Source: Octopus sinensis
Taxonomy: Eukaryota
Direction of reading: 5' to 3'
DNA length: 64,000 nucleotides
NCBI RefSeq assembly: GCF_006345805.1
Contig: NC_042998.1
Location: 70,308,001 to 70,372,000, forward strand
This document shows, in pieces, positions 1 to 11,950 of the stretch. Each line of letters begins with the position of its first letter. The stretch's first letter is position 1. The notes beneath the pieces are model-generated. The model saw nothing but the letters and a program-made list of their open reading frames with translations. It was not told where the DNA came from and made no database searches. Both the position numbers and the translations under genes were made by a program.

Positions 1-49
1 GTGTATACATCATAATGTGTGCATATAAATATATATATATATACAAGTG

Positions 50-80
<31 letters not shown>

Positions 81-329
81 TTGTGTATGTATGTATGTTT
101 AAAATATATATGTGTGTGTGTGGGGGGGTTGAATACAGATGTGTTTGAATAGACATTAACATAACAGTTTGGATATTCACCAAAAAATATGTTTGTGCAG
201 TTCACTCTTTATTACATTTTGTTTATGTTTGAGAGTGTAGTGTGTGTGTTTATGTGTATGATGTGTGAAGCAGAGCGGCATCAGAAATGATGTTAGGTTG
301 AAAGTGAGTCAAGGACAAGGCTCAAGAGA

Positions 330-1107
330 CCTTCACATCATCATCATCATTATCATCATCGTCACCATTCCCCCTTTAACCACAACCACCACCATCACCA
401 CCACCACCACCACTATTGCCAGCATAACCATCAGCAACACCAACACTGCTGCCACCACTGCCATCATACCATCACAAGCACCACTAACACCACTGCCATC
501 ATCACCATGATCATTGCCATGCCAATTCTGGTAACACCATTGTCATCACCATTAACTCTACCAACACTGCTGAACCCGACACCACAGCCACCATCACCCA
601 TACCATTGCCATCAACACTGCTACAACCATCACCATCACTGCTACAACCATCACTACCTTCACCATGCTTGTACACACACAAACAGATAGACATATATAC
701 ATACACAAACATACATACATACATACATACACACATACACACACATACACACATACATACATACATACACACATACATAGGTACACCCTTAAAACAAAGA
801 AAGAATACAGCAATATTGAAAACGTCTACAAACAAACAAACGACAACAACAAAAACAACAGCAGCAGCAGCAACAACAACAACAACAACAATAATAAATG
901 CAAATACAAAGAATAGTTCTGCAGTGTGTTTGTTGAGAAAGAAACCAGATGCTTGGAGAATGTAGCGGAAAAATAAGCCGACTCCAATCTAATTATTAAA
1001 GCCATCTTTTAAACTTCCTTGTACTTCTATAAAGAAGAACAGATTATTTCTAATCACAATGCTTTTATTTGGATTTCAAACAAGTTTTACACTAGTCTTC
1101 TTGCTAA

Positions 1108-1138
<31 letters not shown>

Positions 1139-1358
1139 AAAATCATGGTGGTGGTTGTGGTGCTGGTAGTTGATGTTTTTTTGTTGTTGTTACCAATGAA
1201 TATTTGAATGAATTGTGATATTACCATTTTGGCTATGGGAAAGTTTTTTTTTTTCAATTTTACAATTCTTTATGTATCTATACATTTATGTTTGACTGTG
1301 AGCACATGTGGTATGTTTGTAAGATACACATATGCACAAACATCTATCTATCTATCTG

Positions 1359-1453
<95 letters not shown>

Positions 1454-1456
1454 GTA

Positions 1457-1493
<37 letters not shown>

Positions 1494-1864
1494 ATCTATC
1501 TATCTCTCTAATCTGTCTGTCTATCTATCTATCTAATCTGTCTGTCTATCCATCCATCCATCCATCCATCCATCTGTGAATCTGTCTGTCTGTCAATATA
1601 TCTATTTGTCAATCTATCTATCCATCTGTCTGTCTATCGATCTATCTGTACATGCACACTCACACGTCTATCTATCAATATATATACACACACACACACA
1701 TTCATACATACATGCTTAAATACACACAAAGTGGGGAGTGCAATAGAGGCAAGTATTGAGCATTTTCTCTTCCTCCATTGTTAAAAAGAGTTTCAATGAC
1801 AAGGGAAGTAATCAGGGAGTGGGGGTATGTATCTGTTATTTTATATCTTTCATATAATATAGAC

Positions 1865-1912
<48 letters not shown>

Positions 1913-2748
1913 TATCCAGATGTTAAAAATGGCTTTTTCTGAAGAAATGTGTGTTGGGGAGGTTTAATAGATGAGGGAAGTGGCCGGGGTGGACTAGCAG
2001 GAAGTGATAACAGTAGCAAAAAACATCATTACCATCATCATCATCATCATCATCATCATGAAAAACAATAACAACAACAACAGCAGCAGCAAAGTAAACT
2101 ACAATAGCAATAACAGCAGCAACAATAATATTACTGTCAATATTGACATAAAGAATAACAAAAACAGTGGCAACAACACTCACAGACACAATAACAACAG
2201 CAGCAACTTTTTTCTAACAACTGTAACAGCAACAACAACAACAACAACAACAACAGCAACAATGGTAGTGGCAGCAGCAACAAGAACAACAATAACCTTA
2301 AACTAGAGGCAATTGTGTAGATATGTTGGAAATGAAGGGGGGGATGTTTGCTGACATGGAGAGGGGGTGGGTGAGAGATTATGGTAATGGTGGTGGTGGT
2401 GGTGGTGGTGGTGGTGATAGTGTATTCTTCAGTAAAGAAAAAAAACGTGAATGTGGTGATAGTGGTGGTGGTGGTGGTGGTGGTGGTGGTGGTAGTGGTG
2501 AGGGTGTATGTGTGGATGGATGGATGGATGGATGGAATAGCAGACATGAAAGAGTAGAAAACAATGGAATAATAAGTTTGGTCAGGGAGGGGAGGTAGGT
2601 ATGGATAGCAGAAAGTGGAGCGGTTGTAGAGGTGGTGGTGCCACTGTAGTGTTTGAGGTGACTGGCAGGCATGGCATCAGCCCCCTGGCATCACATATAT
2701 ATACATATATATATATATATATCTCTTATTATATATATATATATCTCT

Positions 2749-2783
<35 letters not shown>

Positions 2784-2820
2784 TATATATATATATTTGT
2801 ATTCTAGTACACACACACAC
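330..2820. repeat. Mosaic of simple repeats: (CAT/CAC)n, (ACAT)n, (CAA)n, (TATC/TGTC)n, (GT)n, (GGT)n, (AT)n
   Basis: Direct inspection. Confidence 0.9.
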
Positions 2821-3204
2821 TTATGTATACAATGGTAGCATGATATGGGTGGGTGGTGTACATGTGTTAGAAATGGTGTGATGTATTTTTTGTTAGTTTT
2901 TGTTTTTGCTGGTATGTGTTTTATTTGGACTGTGTGAGAGAGAGAGAGAGAGAGAATGCGTGTGTGTGTGTATGTGTGTTTGGAGGGCTAAAATATTGGA
3001 AAACCTGCCTGATAATAATGGTTTATATGTCTTTATGTCTGTCAGTGTATCTCTCTCTATCTGTCTGTCTGTATGAATTTCATTAACATTAGTTAAATGT
3101 TACCATATTTATATTCACCGTCATCATCATATTCATAATTTTACTTTGCTTTTAACATGCAGACACTCTCTCTCTCACTCTTTCTTCTCACACACACACA
3201 CACA

Positions 3205-3242
<38 letters not shown>

Positions 3243-3666
3243 TAAAATATTGCTGTTTGTATATGAAAGTGAAAGTGTGGAGTACTTAATGCATATGTAT
3301 TGCATACATTGTTTATTTAACTGAATTATTTTCCTTGTGACTTGAGTTTCATACTGATCTGTGTACACTAAGAATGCAAATATATATATGATATATATAT
3401 ATATTATAGATCATGGTTTATAATCATTCAAAAGGAAGTAAGAAAATAGAGATATAACATTTAATAAAACATTATTATTATCTGCAAAAATCAAACATGG
3501 TCTCTTACAGCTGTTTCAGTTAAACCTAATAGATTAAATAGTAATTACTAAAATCATTTATATTAGGCAAAATCTCTTCAGCAGGCTAAAAAAAATATAT
3601 ACTGTTAGGTTTTTAAGTGTTGTATTTTAAAATCATCACAGCAGAGTGAGTGTGTGTATGTATACA

Positions 3667-3698
<32 letters not shown>

Positions 3699-4016
3699 AA
3701 GGTGGCAAGCTGGAAGAATTGTTAGTGCACAGGGCAAAATGTTTAGCACCACTTCATGGCACCTTCATTTCATCTGTCTTTATCTGACTTCAAATTTCTG
3801 CTATCCATACCTACCTCCCCTCCCTGACCAAACTTATTATTCCATTGTTTTCTACTCTTTCATGTCTGCTATTCCATCCATCCATCCACACATACACCCT
3901 CACCACTACCCTCTGTGGTCAATAAATAAAATAAGTATCAGTTTAACACTGGGGTCAATGTAATCAACTTACCCTTCCCCTGAAATTGTTGGTCTTGTAC
4001 CAAAATTTGAAACCAA
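3699..4016 (+). mobile_element. Family-A SINE interrupted by a 116-bp templated insertion
   Basis: SINE head 3699-3794, insert 3795-3910, SINE 3' part 3911-4016. Confidence 0.8.
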
Positions 4017-4031
4017 TATATATTTGTATGC

Positions 4032-4074
<43 letters not shown>

Positions 4075-4083
4075 CATACATAC

Positions 4084-4129
<46 letters not shown>

Positions 4130-4132
<3 letters not shown>

Positions 4133-4476
4133 TATTCCTTTTACTTGTTTCAGTCATTTGACTGCCTTTAATTGAACGAATCGACTCCAGGACTTATTCT
4201 TTGGAAGCCTAGTACTTATTCTATTGGTCTTTTTTGCTGAACTGCTAAGTTACAGGGACGTAAACACACCAGCATCAGTTGTCAAGCCACCCACCCACAC
4301 ATACATATGTGTGTGTGTGTGTGTACAACTGGCTTCCTTCAATTTCTGTCTACCAAATCCACTCACAAGGCTTTGGTTGGCCTGGGGCTATAGTAGAAGG
4401 CATTTGCCCAAGGTGCCATGAAGTGGGACTGAACCTGGAACCATGTGGTTGGTAAGCAAACTACTTACCACACAGT
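4130..4476 (-). mobile_element. tRNA-derived SINE family B
   Basis: Reverse complement of TGTGTGGTAAGTAGTTTGCTTACCAACCACATGG..GGCACCTTGGGCAAATGCCTTCTACTATAGCC..ATGACTGAAACAAGTAAAAG. Confidence 0.85.
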
Positions 4477-5419
4477 CACATTGTCATCATCGTCATTTAA
4501 CATCTGTTTCACATGCTGCATTGGACTGGATATTAACATAACATATATGGCACAATTGCTTTGAGGTTAATGTCAGTGTTGTACCTAGTGCCAATAATTA
4601 CCAGAATGCAGCTGGACTAGAAAATAGCCTTTACGTTGCTGTTTGGCCTGCTAGAAATAGCTGCCAAGTCAAAGATCACAGCTTGTTTGTCATCTTGAAA
4701 CACAGAAAGCTATATTGAATAATGTAGTCATAAATACACTACACATGGAAGTAAGATGTGATCGTCATAGTTAGAATGTCTTGGACAATAGTTTGGTTTC
4801 CTCAATGAATTATAATAATCACAGATGTTCTTGTTAGTGTTCACGTCATAACTGATGGTTTTCAGGATACTTAGCCCTTCTCACTCATTCTTTCATCATT
4901 TATACTTACACTCATTTAAAGTTCAACTCTTGTCATGTGACTCCTGAGACAAATCAAAGCTTTCCAACAGCTCTTGTGTCATGTGATCTATGAGGCATGT
5001 CAAAGGTCTCAGACAGCTCCAATGTCATGTGAGTCTATGTCAAAGCACTCTGCAAATACGGCCATATTCTCTCTGTTGCAATATTCATTCAATATCAAGA
5101 AGCTTTTGGTAATCCAAAGGGCTTGATTTATAGGCCTAATGTATAGGAACAGTCCTACAATGTGTCCAAGTTATGTTGGTGTTTAGCAACAGTCTCACAA
5201 CAATGGAATTATTTGTATTTTCTGCTCCCAGATAATGTCGCATAGCTTTTCTACTGTCTTTTTAATTCTAAAAAATGACACCTGCCAATGGTTTTCTACA
5301 AAAATCATACATATATATATATACACACACACACATGTGTGTGTATGTACATGTATATGTATATATGTATATGTATATATACATATATGTGTATATGTAT
5401 ATATATATGTATGTGTCTA

Positions 5420-5470
<51 letters not shown>

Positions 5471-5487
5471 ATATATATATATAAATA

Positions 5488-5862
5488 ACCACATATGAAT
5501 TGTTGGCGATGTTTTTTCTTCCATTTTCCTTTTCTATTGGACTTTCCTCTCTCTCCTGTTTCTGAAGAAGAGCTTTGCTTGAAACATAAAACCACTTTTC
5601 TTTCTTTCCTTGAGTGTCTGCTAATACTTTACATTTACCATGTCCTTGCATATATATATATATATATATATGTATGGTTAATTCAAAGAACAACCAATTC
5701 AAATAAATAAGTAAAATTAACGGACACCAAGAAATGTATTAGCTTGAAGTTTGGTAAAAAGAGAGAGTTTGACGTTTCGAGCATAACTCTTCATTGGAAA
5801 TGAGAAAAGGAAAAGTCCGAAGAGAAAGAAATCACCAACAGCATATGTGTAATTACATTGGT
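5488..5862. mobile_element. Inverted pair of Penelope-like terminal fragments
   Basis: 5488-5612 (+) and about 5760-5862 (-) are related; each has a TGAAGA..GAG..CT(C/T)GAAAC motif. Confidence 0.5.
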
Positions 5863-5863
5863 G

Positions 5864-5917
<54 letters not shown>

Positions 5918-6893
5918 TTATATAGCCTAACATTGAAGCTTGACTAACAGGAAAGAGAACAATGATTACTTAATAAATGATATATACCATCCTTGTAGCT
6001 ATCACTCCACATCTGATGTAGGCAAAAAATCATTCTTAAGGCTTTGCCTGATCTAAGAATATGGGAGAAGACACTTGTTTAAGATGTTGTACAGTGAGAT
6101 TAAAACTTAAGATCATGCAATTTCAAAGAGAAGTTCTTAATAATGAGAGTGCCTGCAGCCATTCTTCTCAAAAAAAGAAAAACTGGTTTATGTAATCTTT
6201 TATATAAAAACAAAGATGAGGTGGTCATGGCTGGAACATCTCTGATTATAGTCATATACATTCTGATTATAGTCATATGCATTCTGGTCTGTCTTGGGAT
6301 TTTAACAGATGTATGTTGTATCATATTCTAAAGCACAAGGACCTTCCCTTTGGACAATACTGAGATGTGGTGACAGTGAAAGACATAACAATAAGGACAC
6401 TATGACATGTCAGTACCAAGCTGGTTGTAATTGTCTCTCAGTGACCTAATTAAGGAAAGTAACCTCTTATGACAACTCTCATCACAACCTTTATCTAATT
6501 ACATATATTCTGTTACTTGCCTTAGTTTTATATTTTTGTTGTTTTTCTGTCATGATGTAAGGGGTCAACCTCATGGCTGGCTAGTGTCATGTATGTTGGT
6601 CAACATGTGTACAATGTGTGTATATATATATGTATGTATGTATGTATGTAGAGAGAGAGAGAGAGAGAGAGAGCAATGTTTGTGCAATGATATAAGCGAT
6701 CCTTGTGGCTATCACCACATGTCTGATGTAGACAGCACACAAAAGTCTGGTAGCAAGACAGTCAACAAAAATAGTGTTCTCCTGCATAGCAGTGATGGAA
6801 GGGTGGTTGTGACCTACTGTATAGTAGTGATGGAAAAGGGGAAGGTTCTCTCCTCTATACCGAAGTGGAGAGGGGTTAAAAGAAGTAGAGTGC

Positions 6894-6924
<31 letters not shown>

Positions 6925-7989
6925 TTCTGGTAATGGTGCTGCTGGAGGTGAACACCACTATTGATTGATTCTGATTGTGTTTGAGGATGTGTGTGTGTGT
7001 GTGTGTATTGATCCATTCTGGTAGGGAAAGCAGCACCACAATAGCACAGTGTCTGCTGCATCCTGCTGCCACCCTGACACCACCACCGCCATTACCCTTC
7101 CCCACAGCGAAGGGTGGCGGTGGTGGTGGGAGTGATTGTAGTTGGAGAGATACATTCTAGTCTTTGGAATTACCTCTTCTCAATCTGCTCTGTCAACGGT
7201 TTACTAATGTTGATTATTAAGGGTCAACTTGTCCTCCCTCCTCTAGTTTAAGGTCAACTTTAGCCATGACACCAATTCTTCTAAACAATATGTATTTTGA
7301 CAGATTGTTCTCACTGACTTCTCAATTCATGCAAATTTCATTCTGTTGTACTACCCTCCTCATCCTCCTCCTCCTCGCCCCTGCTCCTACCACACTCGAT
7401 TTCTTTCAATGTATGTATATATGTGTGTGTGTGTGTATGTGTGTGTGTGTGTGTAAAATTATGTCAGATAAACATAATTGGAAACTAATTCATCATTAGA
7501 CAGCTTGAAGTATTATACATAGTGAGACACTCTGAGTTATAAAGCAACTTCAACTTCAAATGGGAAAAAAAATTCTTTACTAAATGTATTAGTCTTCTTT
7601 CAGCATTTTGTTCTGTTTACCACAGCAAACTAAATATGTATTAATTAAACACACATCATCATCATCATCATCATTTAACTTCCATCTTCCAATGCTGACA
7701 TGTGTTGGACATATGTATATAATATACACACACACACACACACACAAAACACATTATGAACGACAAAGAACAAAAGTTACATAATTACTTTCATTAGCTT
7801 ACAGTCGTTTCTGCTATAAGAAGCTTGGGTTCAGAGCTGAGTGCTTGCGTGACATCTGTTAACTTCCTTAAGCCATTTAAATGAAACGTACAACATGTAT
7901 GAAGCAATTGAAAAGTGATTATGCTTCTCCTGTTCTTTTATCATTTATTAATTGATAAAATCAAAATTTGCCCTGGCCTTAACTGTCGT

Positions 7990-8450
7990 GAAGAAGCTTA
8001 ACACCACATGGATAAGCATTTCCATCAGTTTTCTCATGAAGCTCAAACTGTACAAGTCTGTAGCAATCTCCATCTTTATGTACTGATATAAAAGCTGGAT
8101 ATTCACACAGCTTACATGGAAAAAAAGAATCTAAACATTTGATCTTTATAAGGCTGCAATGAATGTCATCCATAGAGTACCAGACAACTAGCAACTTTGC
8201 TTTGGTACTGTGAAAAACTGAAAACTTGCTGGGCATGGCCAGGTAATCCTTTGCAACTTTGTCCAAAACATTTTTCCTAGTACAGTTGAAGGATGACAAA
8301 GGAGAAGCAGATAAAGAAGTCCTGGACCAATAACATCAAAGACTGGGCAGATCTCAACACTGTGGTCCTTCTGCATTTGGTGGAGGACAGCTCTCAGTAG
8401 CAATTACTGACTACCAGAGTGCCAGAATGTTTGGAATTAACTGCAGATGC
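7990..8450 (+). mobile_element. Decayed RTE LINE 3' ORF fragment
   Basis: Translates as LKLYKSVAISIFMY..SW and TVEG.QRRSR.RKSWTNNIKDW, typical of the RTE C-terminus, with stops. Confidence 0.75.
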
Positions 8451-8491
8451 CAGTCCCATGAAGATGGTGATGATAATGATGATATAGTATA

Positions 8492-8525
<34 letters not shown>

Positions 8526-8546
8526 CATTAAATGATGATGATGATG

Positions 8547-8772
8547 TGGCTGTGTGGTAAGAAACTTGCTTCCCAACCACATGGTTCTGGGTTCAGTCTC
8601 ACTTCATGGCACCTTGGGCAAGTGTCTTCTACTATAGACTTGGGCCGACCAAAGCCTTGTGAGTGGATTTGGTGGACGGAAAGGCTCTAGGAGAAAACAT
8701 TTGCCTAAGGTGCCACGCAGTGAGACTGAATCCAGAACCATGTGGCTAAAAAGAAAACTTCTTACCCCACAC
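8547..8772. mobile_element. Two family-B SINE heads in inverted orientation
   Basis: Plus head 8547-8680 and minus head 8697-8772. Confidence 0.8.
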
Positions 8773-9197
8773 AGTGTGTGTGTGTGTGTGTATATATATA
8801 TAAGATTAATCAGCCGAAATTGCGAGGATGATCTGGTTCTTGACTGAAGATTGAAGGCTTCGAATGTCCCGCCCGTGTTTTTTGTATCGTCTTCTAAATG
8901 TTTTGCGTTCTTGTCCCAGTTTGTATTTTTTTACATATACATATATATATATATATATATACATATACATACATTGGTACAATTTTAGTTCATGTAAGTG
9001 AGATATTTGATCGCAGAGATTGCGTGCAACAACTCAACCCCAAGTCAGTAGTATGTGAGTTAAACAAACAGGAAGAGCAGCATCAAATACACACCATAAA
9101 GAAAATATGGAATATTTATCACAATTTCAGAGTGTACCAGCTATCACTACCTCAAAGAAAGAGAAAAAAAAAAACTCAATACATAACAATTTTTACA

Positions 9198-9231
<34 letters not shown>

Positions 9232-9259
9232 TCTGGTGTTGCTATTAATTTCTTTACAG

Positions 9260-9366
9260 CTTTGTTTTCGTGCAACCGCAATAGTGCCTGTTGTTTACCT
9301 CCTGAAGGTTACAATGCACGATATGATAAAACTGAAAAACCACATGCTGTACTCTCTCGTAGTGGG
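9260..9366 (+). CDS. Candidate internal coding exon (107 nt, phase 1 to 0) of an unidentified gene: xLFSCNRNSACCLPPEGYNARYDKTEKPHAVLSRSG
   Basis: Strong acceptor ctattaatttctttacag|C, donor GGG|gttagt, open frame, retained CpGs, unique island between microsatellites. Exit phase 0 matches entry phase of the 14929 exon. Confidence 0.45.
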
Positions 9367-9404
9367 GTTAGTTGCACTTCCTTATCCTCTCCCCTTCCTA
9401 ATAT

Positions 9405-9467
<63 letters not shown>

Positions 9468-9829
9468 CAGCTTCACCAATGTTAACCACACATTATTATT
9501 AGATATGAGGAAATAATTAGGCTTACTTAAACACATTATATACGTGTGTGTGTGTATGTGTGTGTTTATAAGCATGCACACACATATTTGTATATTACTT
9601 GTATTTCAAACTACGATTACTATCACCGGCATCAGCATCACACCGTATATCATCATACTGTGACTGACTTCCAATCATTGTTTAACAAACCCAAACAAGG
9701 AACAATATTGATAGTAAGGGGAGAGGGGAAGTGGAGAGTGGAGGTAGTAAGGAACAGAGAGGGCGTAACCAGGGAGAGAGGAAGAGATAACGATATCTGA
9801 TATATATATACATATATATATATACACAC

Positions 9830-9880
<51 letters not shown>

Positions 9881-10338
9881 GTTCTTTATATATGTTTATG
9901 CACACATACACACACACACACACGCACGCACCTCTGTATGTGTGTATGTATCTTTCCTTGTATCATGAATCTGTGTGCGTATAGCTATATATCATATATG
10001 ATAAACTTGTTATAAGTCTATGTTAATGCATGTATCATCTTCATATGTATTTATATGTATGTGTGTGTTTATACTGTATATGTATACTTGTGAGTGTGCA
10101 TATGTTTTTATATACATGTGTATGCTTTTATGTATGTGCACATATATATATATATAAATGTATACACACACACATATTTAGACATATGCATGTTATCTGC
10201 ACATTGAGTGCATGTGTATGTCTGTAGCTATCAAAATATATGCATAGCTATATGTAGGTATGTGTAAATATGTATATGCATCTCTCTGTCTCCTTCTCTC
10301 TCCCTTCCACACTCACACATACATACATGTGTACATAT

Positions 10339-10370
<32 letters not shown>

Positions 10371-10429
10371 GTATGTATACATATATTCATGTATGTATAT
10401 ATATGCATATATGTATGTATATATGTATG

Positions 10430-10515
<86 letters not shown>

Positions 10516-11896
10516 CACATATATGTGTGTTATATGAAGTAAGTATGTGTGTGAATGTAAGGGTTGGGTGTGGAGTGCTCCTAACCAGAATCTGTGTAAT
10601 CAATTATGTATGGAATTCTCATTATCACAAACTTTACTGTAATCCATTAACTGATTGCTGGGGATTCATAATGTGGCCTTTAGGGAGCTGAAAATAATAA
10701 CCAAATATATCTAACAAAAAATAACAACAGCAGCCATAACACTATTGCTAACAACAACCACAACGACTACAACAGCAGCAAACAGAACAACATTAAGTTA
10801 AATGCATATACATGGACTTTCACTTTGAAGAAAAAATGTTATGGTTGAATTTGTGTAGATAAACACAGAAGCAAGTTGTTTTGCTTAACTACCATTAAAG
10901 TTTAATTATTTTTCTTTCAATAAATTTATGTTGTAAATTATAAGATCATTGCAGTGTTTGCCTGTTTCTCTTCATTAACACTTTCCTGGTTGTACGGCTA
11001 CTATTTCTGTGTCTCCCTCTTCAATGTACATTCTTTCCCTATCTTCATCAACATGACTTTTTTCTCTCTCTCCCCTCCCACTCATTCTCTCCCTTTTTGT
11101 GTTCTTTTGTAAAATGAGATCCACTTGTAGATAGATGTAGGCATTGCCTTTTATTCTCTTAACATTTCCGAAACTACATTAAGCAGACTTGGATATTTAA
11201 TTAGAGCCAGTGCCAAGTTGTTGTTGCTGTTGTTCTTGTCATTGTTTTTGACTCTCCAAGAGCTGCTTATATTCTTCTGCATTGACTTCCCACAGCCCCT
11301 TCTGCATAACACTAACACTCTACAGAAAACTATTTCTCTGTTCAGCAAGGGATGATGTATGTAGCTTCTGCATGTAGAGATGGGACTATTGAATTGCTTG
11401 GATGTTAGATTTTCAAATTGTAGATCGCAGGTTCAAATCTACTGCTGAGATTTCATTGTGTTTCTTGGGTTGAACTCATTGTTCTTTATGACACCAGTTC
11501 ACTTGATTAACACAGGATTTGACTCAAGATCCCATGGGAAATTTAACCCTAATCCAGTTAAACCCATGAAACTATGGGTCAATAATTGTCCTTTAAAGCC
11601 TTGAGGGATTATATGCATACATATATGCTTGATGACTGTCTACCAGTTGGCCGATCATAACCATCACTGACAAATTGACTTCCATCCCTCCATCCATGCA
11701 TCCATCCATCTCTGTTGATTTACTGAAAAGCAATAAATTACAAAACTCAGTATGTAAGTGTAGAGTACAGTTGGAAACACTGAAGTCATTGTCACTATTC
11801 TTCTTGTTAAAGTATAATAAATGAGTATTCCACAAAAATTTATTCAGTAATTCTTCAGTTTAATGCTAAAATGTGTTAAAAAACATACATGTATAT

Positions 11897-11950
<54 letters not shown>

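Noticed and set aside
8830-8870. CTGAAGA...GAATGTC as a further hammerhead
   Set aside because: It lacks GAAA and a pairable stem I; too far from the core.
11346-11408. WD40-like peptide QGMMYVASACRDGTIELLGC* after an acceptor-like ttcag
   Set aside because: It ends in a stop with no donor and runs into a tRNA-SINE-like head; the similarity is too short.
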